A DNA stretch of 64,000 bases, taken from positions 5,270,001 through 5,334,000 of the forward strand of contig NC_045138.2 of the NCBI RefSeq assembly GCF_008831285.2. Direction: 5' to 3'. The notes under the pieces were generated by a model. That model saw only the letters and a list, made by a program, of their open reading frames with translations, was not told the DNA's origin and did no database searches. Both the position numbers and the translations under genes were made by a program. How positions within the stretch are numbered: position 1 is the first letter of the stretch; every line of letters begins with the position of its first letter. Source of the stretch: Nymphaea colorata (taxonomy: Eukaryota). Below are positions 15,761 to 29,254 of this stretch, one piece after another.

Positions 15761-18700
15761 TGGCTCCTGCCAGCTCCCCCTCCTTCTGCCCCAGCCTAGA
15801 TCCTTACAATAAGATTATTTGGCAAATGATACTTACTATCATGGGTGTCGCTGGTACATTGATGTATCACCAGGATTGGCTTCCTAGTAATAGGCCATAC
15901 TTGTGTTCATACATCCAGAATTTGGAATTTAAGGGGACGGCGCAAATATTCACTAATCTTGACTAAATTGTGATCAACAGTCAATAATTCAATAGAAAAA
16001 GCCTAGTTAAAAAAACTCTCGACTGTCTAGTTATCAATCACTAATTTTCACATGGGCTATGCTCACCTATTTTTATAATTGAACAGAAAGAAGTGGATCA
16101 ATGGCAAAAAAATTCTAAAATTGTAACTTCCCATATTTATTCTTCACCTTGAAAGGCTTCAAAACCACTTGTCCAGTCGCTTTACTGTTGCGTGTAGAAA
16201 AGAAAGAAAAAAAAAAGGATTGGCCCACAAATTTTAATAGATTTAATTTTAGGCTATTGACATTTCCACGATTGTGAAATACCAACCATGAAAATCCAAT
16301 CTACATTAGTTAATTTTTCAAACAAACAAAGCCGTTTATTATACATATCTAACTTTAGTTTTCTTTTGATTTGGAAACATGGTGCCTACCAAGATAATAT
16401 TTTCCACATCACTTCCTTTTTCATTCATAATAATATGGGGAAAATGGAAAAGTGAGTTGTGAACAAGGTTGGCATCGAGAAAAAAGAAAGAAGTGAGAGA
16501 AATGTTTGAAAATGGAAATAAATCAGCTTGTAGTTCACTCTATGAAAATGGAAAGAGAAGGAAGACGAAGGTAGTGCTCTACAGGCTGGCAAGGTCCATG
16601 ATTGGTGTTAAATAAATCTGGAAAAATTCCCAATCCACAAACTTCTACATCACCTACACTTCCTCTTTCTCACATTTGTCGGATTTCTCATTGTATTATG
16701 TAAAAGTTTGGATGCAATATTTTTTTTTCCAAATCCAAAATTTTATTTATCCCATCCAAGTTTCATGATCTGACCATTGACTAGAAATACAACTTGTTCG
16801 TGCCACGAAGGAATGCCATCGACCTTGCCAAACTTAATGTTTTATTTCAACAAACTCTGTTTGACAGAACTAAGAGCTCAGAATGGGATGTGAAAGGTCT
16901 ACCAAACCATAGCAACAGGGCATGATCAAGTGGCACTAGCCAGGCAAACTTGGCTCAGACCAATTACGTACTCAGGGTTAGGTTTTGTAACTAGTCTTTT
17001 GACTATTTCATTTCAAGTGGGCTTCTTTTTTTATTTCATTTTGTATAAGTTAGAGCAAAAGAAGAGAGAAAAGCTTCACTTTGGATGCTTTCTTGATAAG
17101 TGTGTAAAATTTCTGATTTTGCTTTAAAATTTTTTTTAAGAAATTATTTGCTTTAAAATTTTAATGGTGTCTCTGCATTAATCATTTTTCTTGCTTTAAA
17201 ACATTAAAAAAATCCAATACCAATAATTTAACAAATATGTCATTCTGTTGTAAGGGAAATTATGGCTATGGTGAGAATATAATATACATGATGGGTATTA
17301 TTGAATGTCTCATAATGAGAATGTAAGTCAAATTGTTGAGAGATCAGTGAGTCCTTATGGTCTCTTATTTGTCTAATATGTAGCTTATAGATAGAGTATT
17401 TCTAATTTTTCAACAAGACCTGATTAGCTAAATTTAAATTTGATTCCACCAGTAAAAAAGACAAAGCGACGAGAACATCACTTTCTTTATGATAGACAAA
17501 GGTATTCGTACAAACTAAAGCAAGAAAAAACAGTTGTGAAATGAATTTAATCCAAAGCATCCAGCAGTCACAAAGACAGTGATAAGAGAATAATTTTATT
17601 TACTATAGACCAAACATTATTGATTACATATTTTCAGGTTCATTCCCCTTTTAATAACTATTCTCATTTTTCAGGGAAACTTTCCAAGACACAAATAAAT
17701 ATTTTACACGTCCAGTGACATATGGATATGCTCCAGTGCTGAAATCTATAAAATTTTAAAAAGATTCTTGAAATCTGATTTGTGGATCAAATATTCTACA
17801 GTTATAATTAAAAAACAAGCTGCCAACTGGGAACCTTATATGACACACCACAAAGTATGCACACAAAGGTCTGCTGTGTAATGAAAGGCCATGAGTTTTT
17901 TCACGGCCGCATTATAAAAGAAGGTGACGACTTTTGCAGCATGAGCTGCTTGTTTTCTTTGACACAATTTTACTTCTTGTGGTAGTAAGTGATAATTCTT
18001 GTAGCGTCTTTGTTTCTATTCTGTTCGGCAAAAAGGAAAGACTTCAAAGCTCCTCTTTTTTAAAAAAATTGGTGAAAACTATATAACAAAGGGCATAAAG
18101 TTCTTTTTAACCCTTACGTAGAGGGTTGCTGAGAGATCTCAAAGATGAAGTTAGGAATTTTTTGTTGTAGGAACCAAACTATAGTTTCTAAATTTTTACA
18201 GAACCAGAAATATAGTTTTCTTATTTTATTTTATACAGGATAAACTAAAATATTTAAAAATTTATAAATAACTTTTTTTATTTTTTTTTTACAGCCCCTA
18301 CCAGGCCCCTCTGCCTCCAGTTCTCCCTCTCTCTATAATTTTGTTGGACAAAGCCTTTGGTCCCCATGACTGAGGGTTTCTCTTTGAGAACGAAAAGTGG
18401 GAAAAAAAAGAAGAAAAATTTAGCATATTTTTATAATTCAAATTTAAAAAAAAATTGCCTCCACCATTTTCAAGGTTGGACACATCTCTGATTATGGACC
18501 TGATTTTGTACTGTAGCTAGTAAAAAAGCATTGTGCCATTACTAATCAAATTTGTGTTCCTTTATCTTTTATGCCATATTCAGGCCCGAGTCCACTTTGT
18601 GTTACGGAGATGCAACCCCGATTATATCTATATTTGGGATCATATGCTTCTTGGATCCAAATTCAGTTTAGAAAAGTAGAGCCTACATCTGAATCCCAAG

Positions 18701-19180
18701 TCCTCCCTGAATCCAAACCCTTTTTATGATGTAATCTTCTCACCCACCATTTTGCGTAGGGCTAAGTTTATAAACTCCCTCAATACCTTGTGTTGCCCTT
18801 TAGTTTATAAAGGAGCTAAGAGGCCGTTTGGCAATAGAGACACTTTGTGAGTGTCCCATAAATCTGCAACAAAATTATAAAAGGATCATTGGACACTAGA
18901 GCTATTGTTTCATGAACGTTTATCAATTTTCTGGTCTGATTCATGGAAGCTTCACAATCAATGCTACCCCTTAAAGGAACACATTGCTCACATGCACTTA
19001 TATATTATTTATTAAAATATGAGAACGACTCAATTAATAAATTTGTTTCCACAACAATTTAAGAGCAACAAGTATTTCCTAATCAACGTTCTAATAGTTT
19101 GAAAATTCTTAGAAGGTGTAATCACCCCAATTTTTCTAAAATTCAATATTTATCATTTTTCAAACATTTCATGATAGCAA

Positions 19181-19400
19181 CTGCCTCAGCTTCTGCCCCA
19201 CTTCCAACTGTATAGCAAACTTGGCCATGCACCCACCAAATGGGTGTGGCTCGAACCACCCCTCCTCCTCCTCCACAGAAGGAGACCCTCCATCTCCTCT
19301 GCAAAAGGGGACCCTCCATCGCCACCATCTCCGCATGGAGTGGAGAAATCCTGCATTTCTTCACCCCTCGCACTGCCCACTTTTTTCTCTTCACCATGTA
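19181..19400 (-). pseudogene. 3' fragment of a plant armadillo-fold family gene (paralog of 24281-25430)
   Basis: A minus frame absent from the ORF track reads WFEPHPFGGCMAKFAIQLEVGQKLRQ, matching the family C-terminal motif HPFA.CVA.FAVQLEVGEGLRQ as recalled. 19228-19400 aligns with 24281-24437. Confidence 0.72.
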
Positions 19401-22400
19401 ATAGTCTGAAGATCTCGTGAGAACATAGCCCAAACAGCACATTCCAGGCGTGGCTTTCTCTGGGACACGTTTTTTACTGGAGGTGATTCAGAGGTCGAGT
19501 AAGGTGGCGTTGGATTCGGGCTTGTGCCTTTCAGATTTTTTGGACAATCCTGTAAAGAGATACTGAATTTACAAGTTGCACAGGTTTCTAAAGGTTCCTG
19601 CGACCTCCTATGATAGAGAAACTCACCTGCAACCCAGACTGTCTTCAGCTTGGAATCCGCAGCGCCAATATCATCGACGACGCTGCTAGCTCCAATCAAA
19701 GAGATAAAACATTCAAGGGAGCCAAGTCCACCGAGCATAATACCCTGAAAATTACCTCCAAACTCAATGGTCCTAACTATTTGAGTTGGGCAAAGGCTGC
19801 TCGCTTGTTCCTTAGTGGAACATCAAAGATATCATATATTAACGGGAAAACCAAAGCTCCAGCCACTACTGATCCCAGTTACGATCAATGGGAATCAGAG
19901 AAAGACATGGTTATGGCGTGGCTGCTCAACTCTATGGAACCATCCATAGCAAATCTGTTTACATATCAAGATACCGCGCATGGAATATGGGAGGCTCTGA
20001 AAGAACGTTACAGTGAGCAAAATAATCTTGATCGAGTATACCAGATACAATGCAAGATTGCCAGTCTCACCCTCCATGACCAAGACATGCAGCGGTACAT
20101 TGGGAGAATCAGGAGTCTATTTGATGATCTCATCCAATATCGACCAGCGACCTCTGATCCAGTCATTTACAAACAGTGTTTTGAAGAAGATCAAATCTTC
20201 AAGGTCCTCGTTGGATTGGGTGAGGACTATGAAGCCAGGACCTTGAATTGAGGGAGGACTATGAAGCCTTAAGGACTCAAATCCTCAATACTATGCTACT
20301 GCCAAAATTCAATGCTGTTTGTCAAATGATTCAAAGAGAGGTGTCAAGGCAAAGAGTCATAAGCATCCCTCCTAAAACGGACTCTATAGAAGACAGGCAA
20401 GAAAGAATGGCATGCCTTTCACAATCCGGCACTAATCAAGGCATACAAAGGTACCACTCAAACACACACACAAAACACAGCAAACTTAAGTGTACACACT
20501 GCAGGAATTTGGGTCACACACGCGATTGCTGCTGGGAACTTGTGGGGCAACCAGGGAAGGAAAAGGGATCTTCTTCAATCCCAGACAAAGACATCAACCT
20601 TGCGAACTTTGTCACCAATGATGATGTGGAAAAAATCTTCCAGAAATTCTCTAAAGCAAATCTAGTATCTTCTCAACCAGTGGGCGATGTCTCAGAAGGT
20701 AAGTTCTATGCCATGCCTTATTGACTGTCACTAAAAATAAATTCTAGATAGTTGATTCTGGTACTACTGATCACATGACTAATGATCCCACAAGATTTGC
20801 CTATCTAAATAAGGATCTTCATCGTTCTATTTTTTCTGTTGATGGGTCATTTATAGTTGTTGCTGGCATTGGAAAAACAACATTCTTCAAAAAAATATTA
20901 GTTCCGCTTTACTTGTTCCTAAGTTGGTATCAACCTTATGTTTGTTAGCAAAATTACTCAAGATTATGATTGTCTTGTTGTTTTCTCCAGGAAGGATGCA
21001 ACGTTTCAGGACCCGGGTATGAATAAGGTGATTGGTAAGGGCCGACGCCATAATGACCTCTACACTTTGGACATCGACAATCTTCACCAAATCAAAATCG
21101 ACTCAAAGGACCAATTACCAAATTTGGCAAGCTTGATTAGAACACATATGCATTCGGAACCTCAGTCGCCTCATCTCTTCCCTCACCATTGATAATAATA
21201 AAGCATGTGATGCATGCGAAGTCACCAAATTCACATGCCCCCCCTTCCGGCCGACTCATGAAAGGTCTGACAAAGCTTTCAATCTCATTCACTCGGATGT
21301 TTTGGGGATCTGCTCCGGAGGACTCTCATGCTGGTTTTAAGTTCTATGTCTCTTTCATTGATGATATGACTCATGTAACTTGGATTTATTTTCTCAAAAA
21401 TAAAATTAAAGTGCAAAAAAAAAATTTTGAATTCTATGCCCTCATTCTCACTCAATACGGTGCTAAGATAAAAAGGATTCGCTCTCACAATGGTGGTGAA
21501 TATGCGAATGATGCATAGAAAAACATTATGAAGAAACATCGAATGCAACCCCAATATACCTGCGCCGGGACAACATCAGCAAAATGGCTTTGCAGAAAAA
21601 AAAAACCGACAACTTCTGAATACTGCTCGGGCTCTTATGATGCACAAGAATGTACCTCATATTTTTTGTAGCGAAGCCATTGGAACAGCATGTTATATAT
21701 CCAATCGAGTTCTAAACTCTACCATAGAAGGAAAAATTCCTCTTGAACTCCTTCTCAATAAGCTGTTGTCACTTAAACACCTCAGGGTATTTGGGTGCAA
21801 ATGTTTCGTACATGTGCAAGAAAAATGCAGAAATAAATTCCAGTGATGTGCAATTAAGTGTATATTCTTGGGATATTCAAGCAAACAAGGAGGTTATCGC
21901 TGTTTTGACCCACTCTCTAAAAGTATGATTGTATCTTGGGTTGTAAAATTCTATGAAAATGAACATTTCTCTGACAGCTGCATACAGGGGGAGGCAGATA
22001 ACAGAAACTCTGCTGAAAATAGTGTTGATGATACTCCACATCCGCCGGCTAACATCTTCACAAGTGAAATGCCTACATGCCAACCAGGTATGGCCCACTT
22101 TCCCAGTAACAACAGCAGCCTTGAAAACACTATTTTGTAGGAAGACAAACCACCTACCAACATTGAGCCTCAACCAAGCGTAAGACGTTACTCTAGAGTG
22201 ACTTGGCCTCCATCCAGGTTAAGTGATTACTATACTTACTTATCCGCTGGAAGTCTTCATTCAATAGACAATTATCTCTCTTTTGAAGCTCTATCACGTA
22301 ATTACAAGTCATACATCTTTGCTACTTATGGTCATCAGAGCCAATAAACTTTAATGAAGCTAGTGCAGACTTACGGTGGAGGACAGCCATGGAAGAAGAA

Positions 22401-24280
22401 ATCAAGGTGCTTGAAAAGAACCATACTTGGGATCTTGTTCCTCTACTAAATGGAAAGAATCTGGTAGGTTGCAAATGGATCTAAAAAATAAAGTTCAAGA
22501 GTAATGGACAAGTGGAGCGATATAAGGCTCACCTCATTACAAAAGGCTTCACTTAGACAGAAGGAATCAATTACAATGAAACCTTTTCCCCAGTAGCAAA
22601 AATGAACACTGTGAGAGCTCTTCTTTCAGTTGCATTTACAAAAAAAGTGAAACCTTCTCCAACTTGATGTAAAGAATGCATTTCTCCATGGTGAATTGGA
22701 AGAAGAGGTCTACATGGAAGTACCACAAGGAGTTAACTGCTGATCTGGACATTTTTGCAAACTAAGGAAAGCTCTTTATGGATTGAAGCAATAACCTCGT
22801 GCCAGGTTTGCTCATCTAAAAACAACACTCATCAAGTACAGATTTCAACAAAGCTTTGCTGATTACACCATGTTCACATCCACTAGAAAATCCAATGTAA
22901 CCGTCTTGCTTGTGTACGTGGATATATGATACTGTAAACGACTTTGAGATCATGCAGGCTATAAAAAAACATTTAAATAGTGAGTTTGAAATCAAAGATT
23001 TTAGACTGCTGCAATACTTCCTTGGAATAGAAGTAGCTCACTCCGACAAAGGAGTATTTATATGTCAATACAAATACACAATTGATCTCTTGAAAGATAA
23101 TGGATATCTAGGCACCAAACCCACAAACACGCCCCTTGAGATGAACTGCAAGCTAAGGAAATAAGGTGGTTATATTGTCAAAAATAAATAATGTTTCCAA
23201 AAACTAGTTGGAAAACTTAAATATTTGACAGTTACGCGGCCTGACGTTATGTATGCTGTCTGTGTCATTAGCAATTCATGCACCAGCCAAGATCCCATCA
23301 TGTTGAAGCAGCTCACCAGATTTTGAGGTACTTAAAGGGGACATCAGGAAAGGAACTCCTAATGAGACGCGATCAATCTCCTCACGTTATTGACTATTGT
23401 GATGCGGACTGGGCTGAGCACCCAAATGACAGACGGTCAACATCAAGTTACTACACATTTCTCGGAAGAAATTTGATCACTTGGCAAAGTAAAAAGCAAT
23501 CCGTAGTAGCCCATTCCAGCACAAAGGCTGAATACCGAGCCATGGCCATATGTACATGTGAATTGATTTGGCTTAAGTCCTTCCTTAAGGATATGAATGT
23601 CGAAACTCACTCCCCAATGGAACTTAAGTGCAACAACATGGCTGCTATTCATATTGGTGTGAAACCTGTATTTCATGAACGAACAAAATATGTCGAAGTC
23701 AACTGTCATTTCATTCAAGAAAAAATTCAAGATGTCATCATTCCAACTTCTCATGTTAGAAGCAAAAACCAGCTCGCTGACATCTTCACAAAAAGTCTAT
23801 GGAAAGAAAGGCACATGATGATTATGGACAAGTTGGGGCCGACTGATGTCTGCCTACCAACTTGAGGGGGAGTTTGTTAGCACATTTGGAAGGAAGCTCT
23901 GTCACTGTCTCCTCCATAGAAAGAAATCCTCAGCAGCTAACATTCATCTCCTTCTTGGAAAGACATCCTCACCAGCTAACAGTTGATCATATCTTTGGAA
24001 AGAGGTGCAACGGAATGAGAATCTCGTCAATCTTGCCTTACTTCTTTAACTGTCTCTGTAACTCCCTGTTTTCCAAGGATCTTAAACCATTGGGATATTT
24101 AAAGGAAGAAGGGGCTGTAACTCTTTAAGGTGATCATTCATATGGCATCAGTAAGTGAAATAAGAGAGACAAAAAACAGTGCTTCCTCTGCTTTCATGGA
24201 TGTAGGCTATTAATGCCGAACCACTTTAAATTTAAACTGTCCCTTGTTTTCTTCCTGCCTTCCTTCAATGAAATTTAACG
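19400..24280 (+). mobile_element. Decayed Ty1/copia element lacking its 5' LTR and PBS (gag-PR-IN-RT-RNaseH, PPT, 3' LTR)
   Basis: gag KLNGPNYLSWAKA...MVMAWLLNSM, zinc knuckle, integrase, RT ([19 protein letters not shown] at ~22664), RNaseH (YCDADWAE...RRSTS; NQLADIFTK), PPT tgaggggga at 23863-23871; many stops and frameshifts. Left boundary approximate. Confidence 0.93.
23875..24280 (+). repeat. 3' LTR of the copia element
   Basis: Starts tgttag just after the PPT and ends tttaacg (decayed TAACA), directly abutting the ARM pseudogene. No second LTR exists to confirm the end. Confidence 0.7.
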
Positions 24281-25430
24281 GCACCCACCAAATGTCTCTC
24301 CAACCACCCCTCGTCCTCCACCTTCTCCTCCTCCTCCGCAGAAGGGGACCCTCCATTGCCACCATCTCCACAAGAAATGGTGAAATCCTGAATTTCTTCA
24401 CCACTTGCACTGGCCAGTTCTTTCTCTTCACTATGTCCGTGAGATTTTGACCTCTACAAGAGCACCAGCTTCCTCATCAGATCCTCCTCCATCATGGCCT
24501 TGATTGCCTCCTTTCTGCCAGAGTGCCCAATCTCCAGAGTACAATCCCAAGCATCTGATTTCAAGCCCTCGTCTTCCAAATCCAATGCCTTTATGATCTT
24601 GTGGAGCTCTCCCCTTTGGTGAATCTCATCGACAAAGGGGCTTTTGATGTTGATGATCAAGCTATAGAGGACCCTGAGGCCATAGGCGGAGCCCAATTCC
24701 ACCAGGGCCATCGCCATCGGGCTCATCACCACCTGACCCACGAACACATCCGTGTTGTACCTCACCAGAGCCGCCATGGCGAAGGAGTAATTCTCCTTGA
24801 CCCACTGGATGACTTCCCATCGCACAGGACCGATCCGAGGACATAAAAATCATGGGACCTCAGCATAGTGTCCTGGAGACCTGGGTTGAACCCCTCCAGA
24901 AGTCGGGTCTCAAAGGCGGACAGCAGCCTGATGACCTTCACCTCCTCCTCATCCTCACTGAGCAGTGACTTCACCAGCTCCTTGATGCTCTTCCGGCTGA
25001 TCCACGCCTAAATCTCTGACTCGATGAGGGCAACGACGCACACTATGTTGCTGCCAAGGATGTGGTTCCTGATGTAGGAATTGATGACAGTGAGGTAGGA
25101 GCAGGGGAGCTGGTTGTCCACCTGGGAGTGGATGCTACAGAGGTGGTGGGTGAGGTCAGCAAGCTTGGTGTCCTTGAACTTGGAGGCGAGGTCCTCAGTC
25201 TGGAGGTGGAGGAGGGCCTTGACGGCACTGCCCTCCTCCTCCTGCTGCTTCCCGCCGGCAGTGGGAGACTCCCGTATCTGTCGGAATGCCTCCTTCAGCG
25301 CATGCATGATGGTGAGCACCTGTGTCTGGTGCGCCTCCTCCCCACCTTTCATGGTGGTGCTGCTGTTGCAGACGGCGACCATAGCCCTCCCTTCCTCTCC
25401 CTCCATCTTCTCTGACTTCTTGCCTTGCAT
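24281..25430 (-). pseudogene. Intronless armadillo-type-fold plant protein pseudogene
   Basis: Joined frames give LIESEI*AWISR...LQDTMLRS / [13 protein letters not shown]...IKSPFVDEI...GEL.KII...[31 protein letters not shown], matching a conserved plant ARM-fold family from memory. Stops at 25008-25010 and 24454-24456, frameshift near 24840, 3' end cut by the copia LTR. Confidence 0.8.
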
Positions 25431-26087
25431 CGGTCTCAAGTCCCAACAACTAGTCCTTTCTGAGACAGAAAAAAGAAAGGAAGGACGGGACCGAACTGTC
25501 CAAGACTGAGAAGAGTGGGGTTGGTATTTCCTTCGTCTAACTCCCTCATGCCTCCACTGGCTCCTCCTCCATGGGCTTTTGATTATCAGAACAGCCTTTT
25601 CATTATGTGATCATCAAATAGAGAGAGCAAATATTACAAAAGTTTGCTCCTATTCTTAGAGAGAGAAAAATATTATTACAAAACTTTCATCATACAGAGA
25701 GAGAAAAAGTTCGAGAGAGAAAGGTGGCATAAGATATCACCACATTAGTAGCTTCAAGAACCGCAACTATCAACCACATTAGTAGTTTGAGAGAGAATTT
25801 GTAGTTTGATTGATCTTTCCTGAAGTATCCGAGTGCATAAATATCATATGCTCAAAGAATTTCTAGTGGAAACTTTTGGTTATTGATATATAGCAGAGAA
25901 GTTAAAGATGTTAACTCAGACCTTTTTTGGTTGTGCGACCACGGTAGCTCATTTGATGTTAAAATCCACTTCTTTTTTAAAAGTTGTTTGAACTAAAGGG
26001 ATGATTGACAGCAGACCAGCAAGGGCAAGCGACCCTCCCTTTGTATATAAACCACTTATGAACAGTTTACTTAGATGAATCTGATAT

Positions 26088-26503
26088 TATAACGACCCGG
26101 CCCACTCCCTAACAGTTTTGGCTCCAACCTTAAAAATCTAAGAACCAGGACAATCATTTATGGAATGACCCCCTTTATAAACCCTTGAAGATCCCTCACA
26201 ATCTTCAATACGGGAATAAACATTTGGGGCATTACAATCCTCCCCCCTTAAGGCACACGCGTCTACGCGTGTGGGACCCTAGATCCGAGTGTTGAACCGG
26301 CTCTGAATACCACTATAATGACCAGACCACTCCTGGGCTCGGCCCTTTGGTTTGACGGATCCCAACCCGCCCCCTAATAGTTTCGGCTCCAACCTTAAAA
26401 AGGCTAGGAACCAGAACAATCATTTATGGTAATGACTCCCTTTATAAACCCTTGAAGATCCCTCACAATCTTCAATATGGGACTAAACATTTGGGGCGTT
26501 ACA
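26088..26503 (-). mobile_element. Complete TRIM (terminal-repeat retrotransposon in miniature), 416 bp
   Basis: LTRs 26314-26503 and 26088-26236; PBS(Met) reverse complement gctctgaatacca 26300-26312; PPT reverse complement tcctcccccctt 26238-26249; perfect 5-bp TSD gatat (26083-26087 and 26504-26508). Confidence 0.93.
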
Positions 26504-26989
26504 GATATGGCTGTTTTCTAAGTGAGAAGGCTTTCATACAAATTATTAGCATCTTGATTTATAGGATCAGATATGGAATTATTTCAATACGACAGATTTT
26601 CATGACAATTTTCTTGGCTCCAGTATTCGATCGAATCATTGACAGAATCTCCTTCCTCATTTGGATCTACATCTGAGCATTCTTGCTTTATCACATTACA
26701 ACTGTTGACTCCCCTTTCAAATGTGTTTCCAACATTTCCTCGAGCCCCAAGTCGTGTTAGTGCTGGTATGGATTCAAGCATAGGTTTGGTTACGTTGGTA
26801 GGAAGGACGCAACAATTTGAAAAAAATGATAATTGTGTTATTAATTTGCTAGTTTTAAATGTTTAAGATTTGGTGTTTTGCTTTTGTTTTCTGGGGGTGT
26901 AGCTGGAAGCCCCTCCCTCTTTCCTCCTGCCCCGCGGTTTGGGGCTTTTTTGTGACTTAAGTGTGAAGCACGACACCCATCAACTAAGC

Positions 26990-27503
26990 ATCACACACCC
27001 ACCATTTGTAGTGTAGGTGAATAGCACTCATGAGAATCGAGTTGACAATCGGCCTTATGCTATACAGCCAGTCTGACCAGCTATGCTACCTATAAGATTT
27101 GGTGACTCTATGTTGGTTTCTAGATTTCCATGAGATGATGTTAGGTCCCGTGAAGATGACATACCAATTTATTAACTTTCTATCCTCTGGGCATCCTACA
27201 CAATCAACATTAAAGAATGCAGACAATTTCCATTCAACATTAGATAATGTAGACAATTTGATTGAAGTTGATCTGACTATTTTCATACGGCAACTTAGAG
27301 TGACCGTTAAGTAGCCAAAAAGGTGTTTCACATAGTCCTCAGTTGATTCATGAACTTGCAAGTACATACCACAAAGCTCCAATGATGCATATGTGTTTAT
27401 TGTGGAAAGCAAAAGATGATCTATCAAACTTGAATATGGGTCTACTGGCAACTTCAAGAGTGATGGCAGGCTTGCAGTAATTCTCCATATATATAAATAT
27501 ATA

Positions 27504-27539
<36 letters not shown>

Positions 27540-29100
27540 TGTATGTATGTATGTATGTGTGTGTGTGTGTGTGTGTGTATAAATAGTATTTGATTGGCAA
27601 TAAGTTGTCATCTTATATATTTTACAGAGAACATGCCACAATTAGTTTGTTAATTTTAGTGACTATGATGTTTTTCTACCTCAACCATGTTACTTCTAGT
27701 GACTATGATGTCATCTACACAAATCATCAATGAGGATTTTATGGACATATCTACTTGTGACTCTGAACCCAAAGTTTGATGAGCAAGGAGGACATGCCTT
27801 GTTAGCCTTTTTTTGACATGGACAATGCTTTATTGAGGCGATAAACATGATTTGGAACCCATTAATCTTAAAACCATGGTGGTTGCATCATGAACCACCT
27901 TTTACTTTAATATTTGTTCTGAGAAAGTGTTGGCACCTAATTCATGTGAAGATCTACCCTTGGAGATAGCCATGGTTGAGATCAACTGCTTTGTAGTTTG
28001 GTTAACAATAGGACTATAAGTTTCATATTATTATATCCCTTCTTATGGATTATACCTTCTGCAAAGTGGCGAGATTTGTATTTAGCAATTGAGCCATTAG
28101 AGTTCCTCCCTGTTAATCTAAATATTCATCCACATCTAACATTATTATGTGAGTTGTTGGCTGAGACAAGCCCACAATTGATTTGTATAAAAGGACCCCA
28201 ACTCTTGTTCCATAGCTTGAGCGCTTTTAGGATTACATTTTGCGTTAGCATGAACTCTGAGTTCAACTTAACTTGTATTGACTTCACTAAGGAGACATAA
28301 AGGAAGACTATATTTAGATGGAAAATGAGCATTTAGTGCTCTTGTTTCATCCATAGATTGGTTAATCATATGGTGACTTCAAATTAATTAGTTATATTAC
28401 TGTATGTCTTTCACTAGATGGGTCTAAACTCCAGTTCCACTTCATGATTTCCTTTCCTTTCTTCTTCTCTTGGTTGGTTGATGGGACATGGGGTTTCATG
28501 TACAAATAGGTGACTCATGAGGAACTTTGTCTTGACCAAGCTATGGGTGGATGAACATACACAAAGTTTCATTTTGGGCAAGATATATTTTGAATGTCTC
28601 TTGAATTGCAGCGGGCTTGGATTATTTGGTTTAGTTTCAATTACAATTAGTTTTTTAATTAATTAATAGCATTTAAAAACTGCAAAAGGTTTTCTTCATA
28701 GAAAGCAGTATGTTGAGAAATGTATGTTTTGCAAGAGTGAGGGGCCATAACATATATATCCTTTATAATGCTCATATTCAACATAAAACCACATGGTTTG
28801 ACTTTAAATCTAATAATTCTCAAATAGAAAAAAATGAAGGTCACAAGTGCAGCCAAAATTTTCATAAAGGCTTTCTTGTTTGAACTGTTTATGCACAAAC
28901 ATTGAAGTACTTTGCTTGTATAAATGTTTCTCATTGTATTTTTCTTAGTGCACATGAACATGTAAAACATCTTTGAGATCAATTTTTTGAATTTGAAGGG
29001 AAAACAATGTGATGTTACCAAACAGTGTGAGATCGACTTTACATTCATTTTTGTTGGTGATACCATTGATAATATCCACTACAATGTGATGTGTTGCCCT
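26990..29100 (-). mobile_element. Very old Ty1/copia relic (integrase tail, RT, RNaseH)
   Basis: Minus frames: KPCGF..YKGYICY..KTYISQHTAFYE (~28750), RNSNGSIAKYKSR (~28090), PNHVYRLNKAL (~27840), VDCVGCPEDRK...GPNIISWKSRNQ (~27150). Boundaries approximate. Confidence 0.75.
27487..27580. repeat. Compound microsatellite (TA)n(TGTA)n(TG)n
   Basis: Seen directly. Confidence 0.97.
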
Positions 29101-29254
29101 AGAATCTAGATGCTATATACCATCTTGATGAAAGTTTGATGCCGGCGATGTGGCAAAAGCTTGGGTATGTCATAGCATTGCCTTGCCGTATGGTTCTTCC
29201 ATCCACAAAATTGGTGTGCAGTCGGTTTATTCCTATAAAACTTTGCATTCTGGT

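Noticed and set aside
15790..15930. Exon-like minus-strand segment ending in a gtaag donor
   Set aside because: The frames I translated contain stops and give no recognisable homolog.
19228..24437. Direct repeats 19228-19400 and 24281-24437 as the copia LTR pair
   Set aside because: They encode ARM-gene sequence on the minus strand and lack TG...CA ends; the real 3' LTR starts after the PPT at 23875.
26088..26503. Cassandra element (TRIM carrying 5S rRNA sequence)
   Set aside because: No 5S-like A/C-box segment is recognisable in the LTR on either strand.
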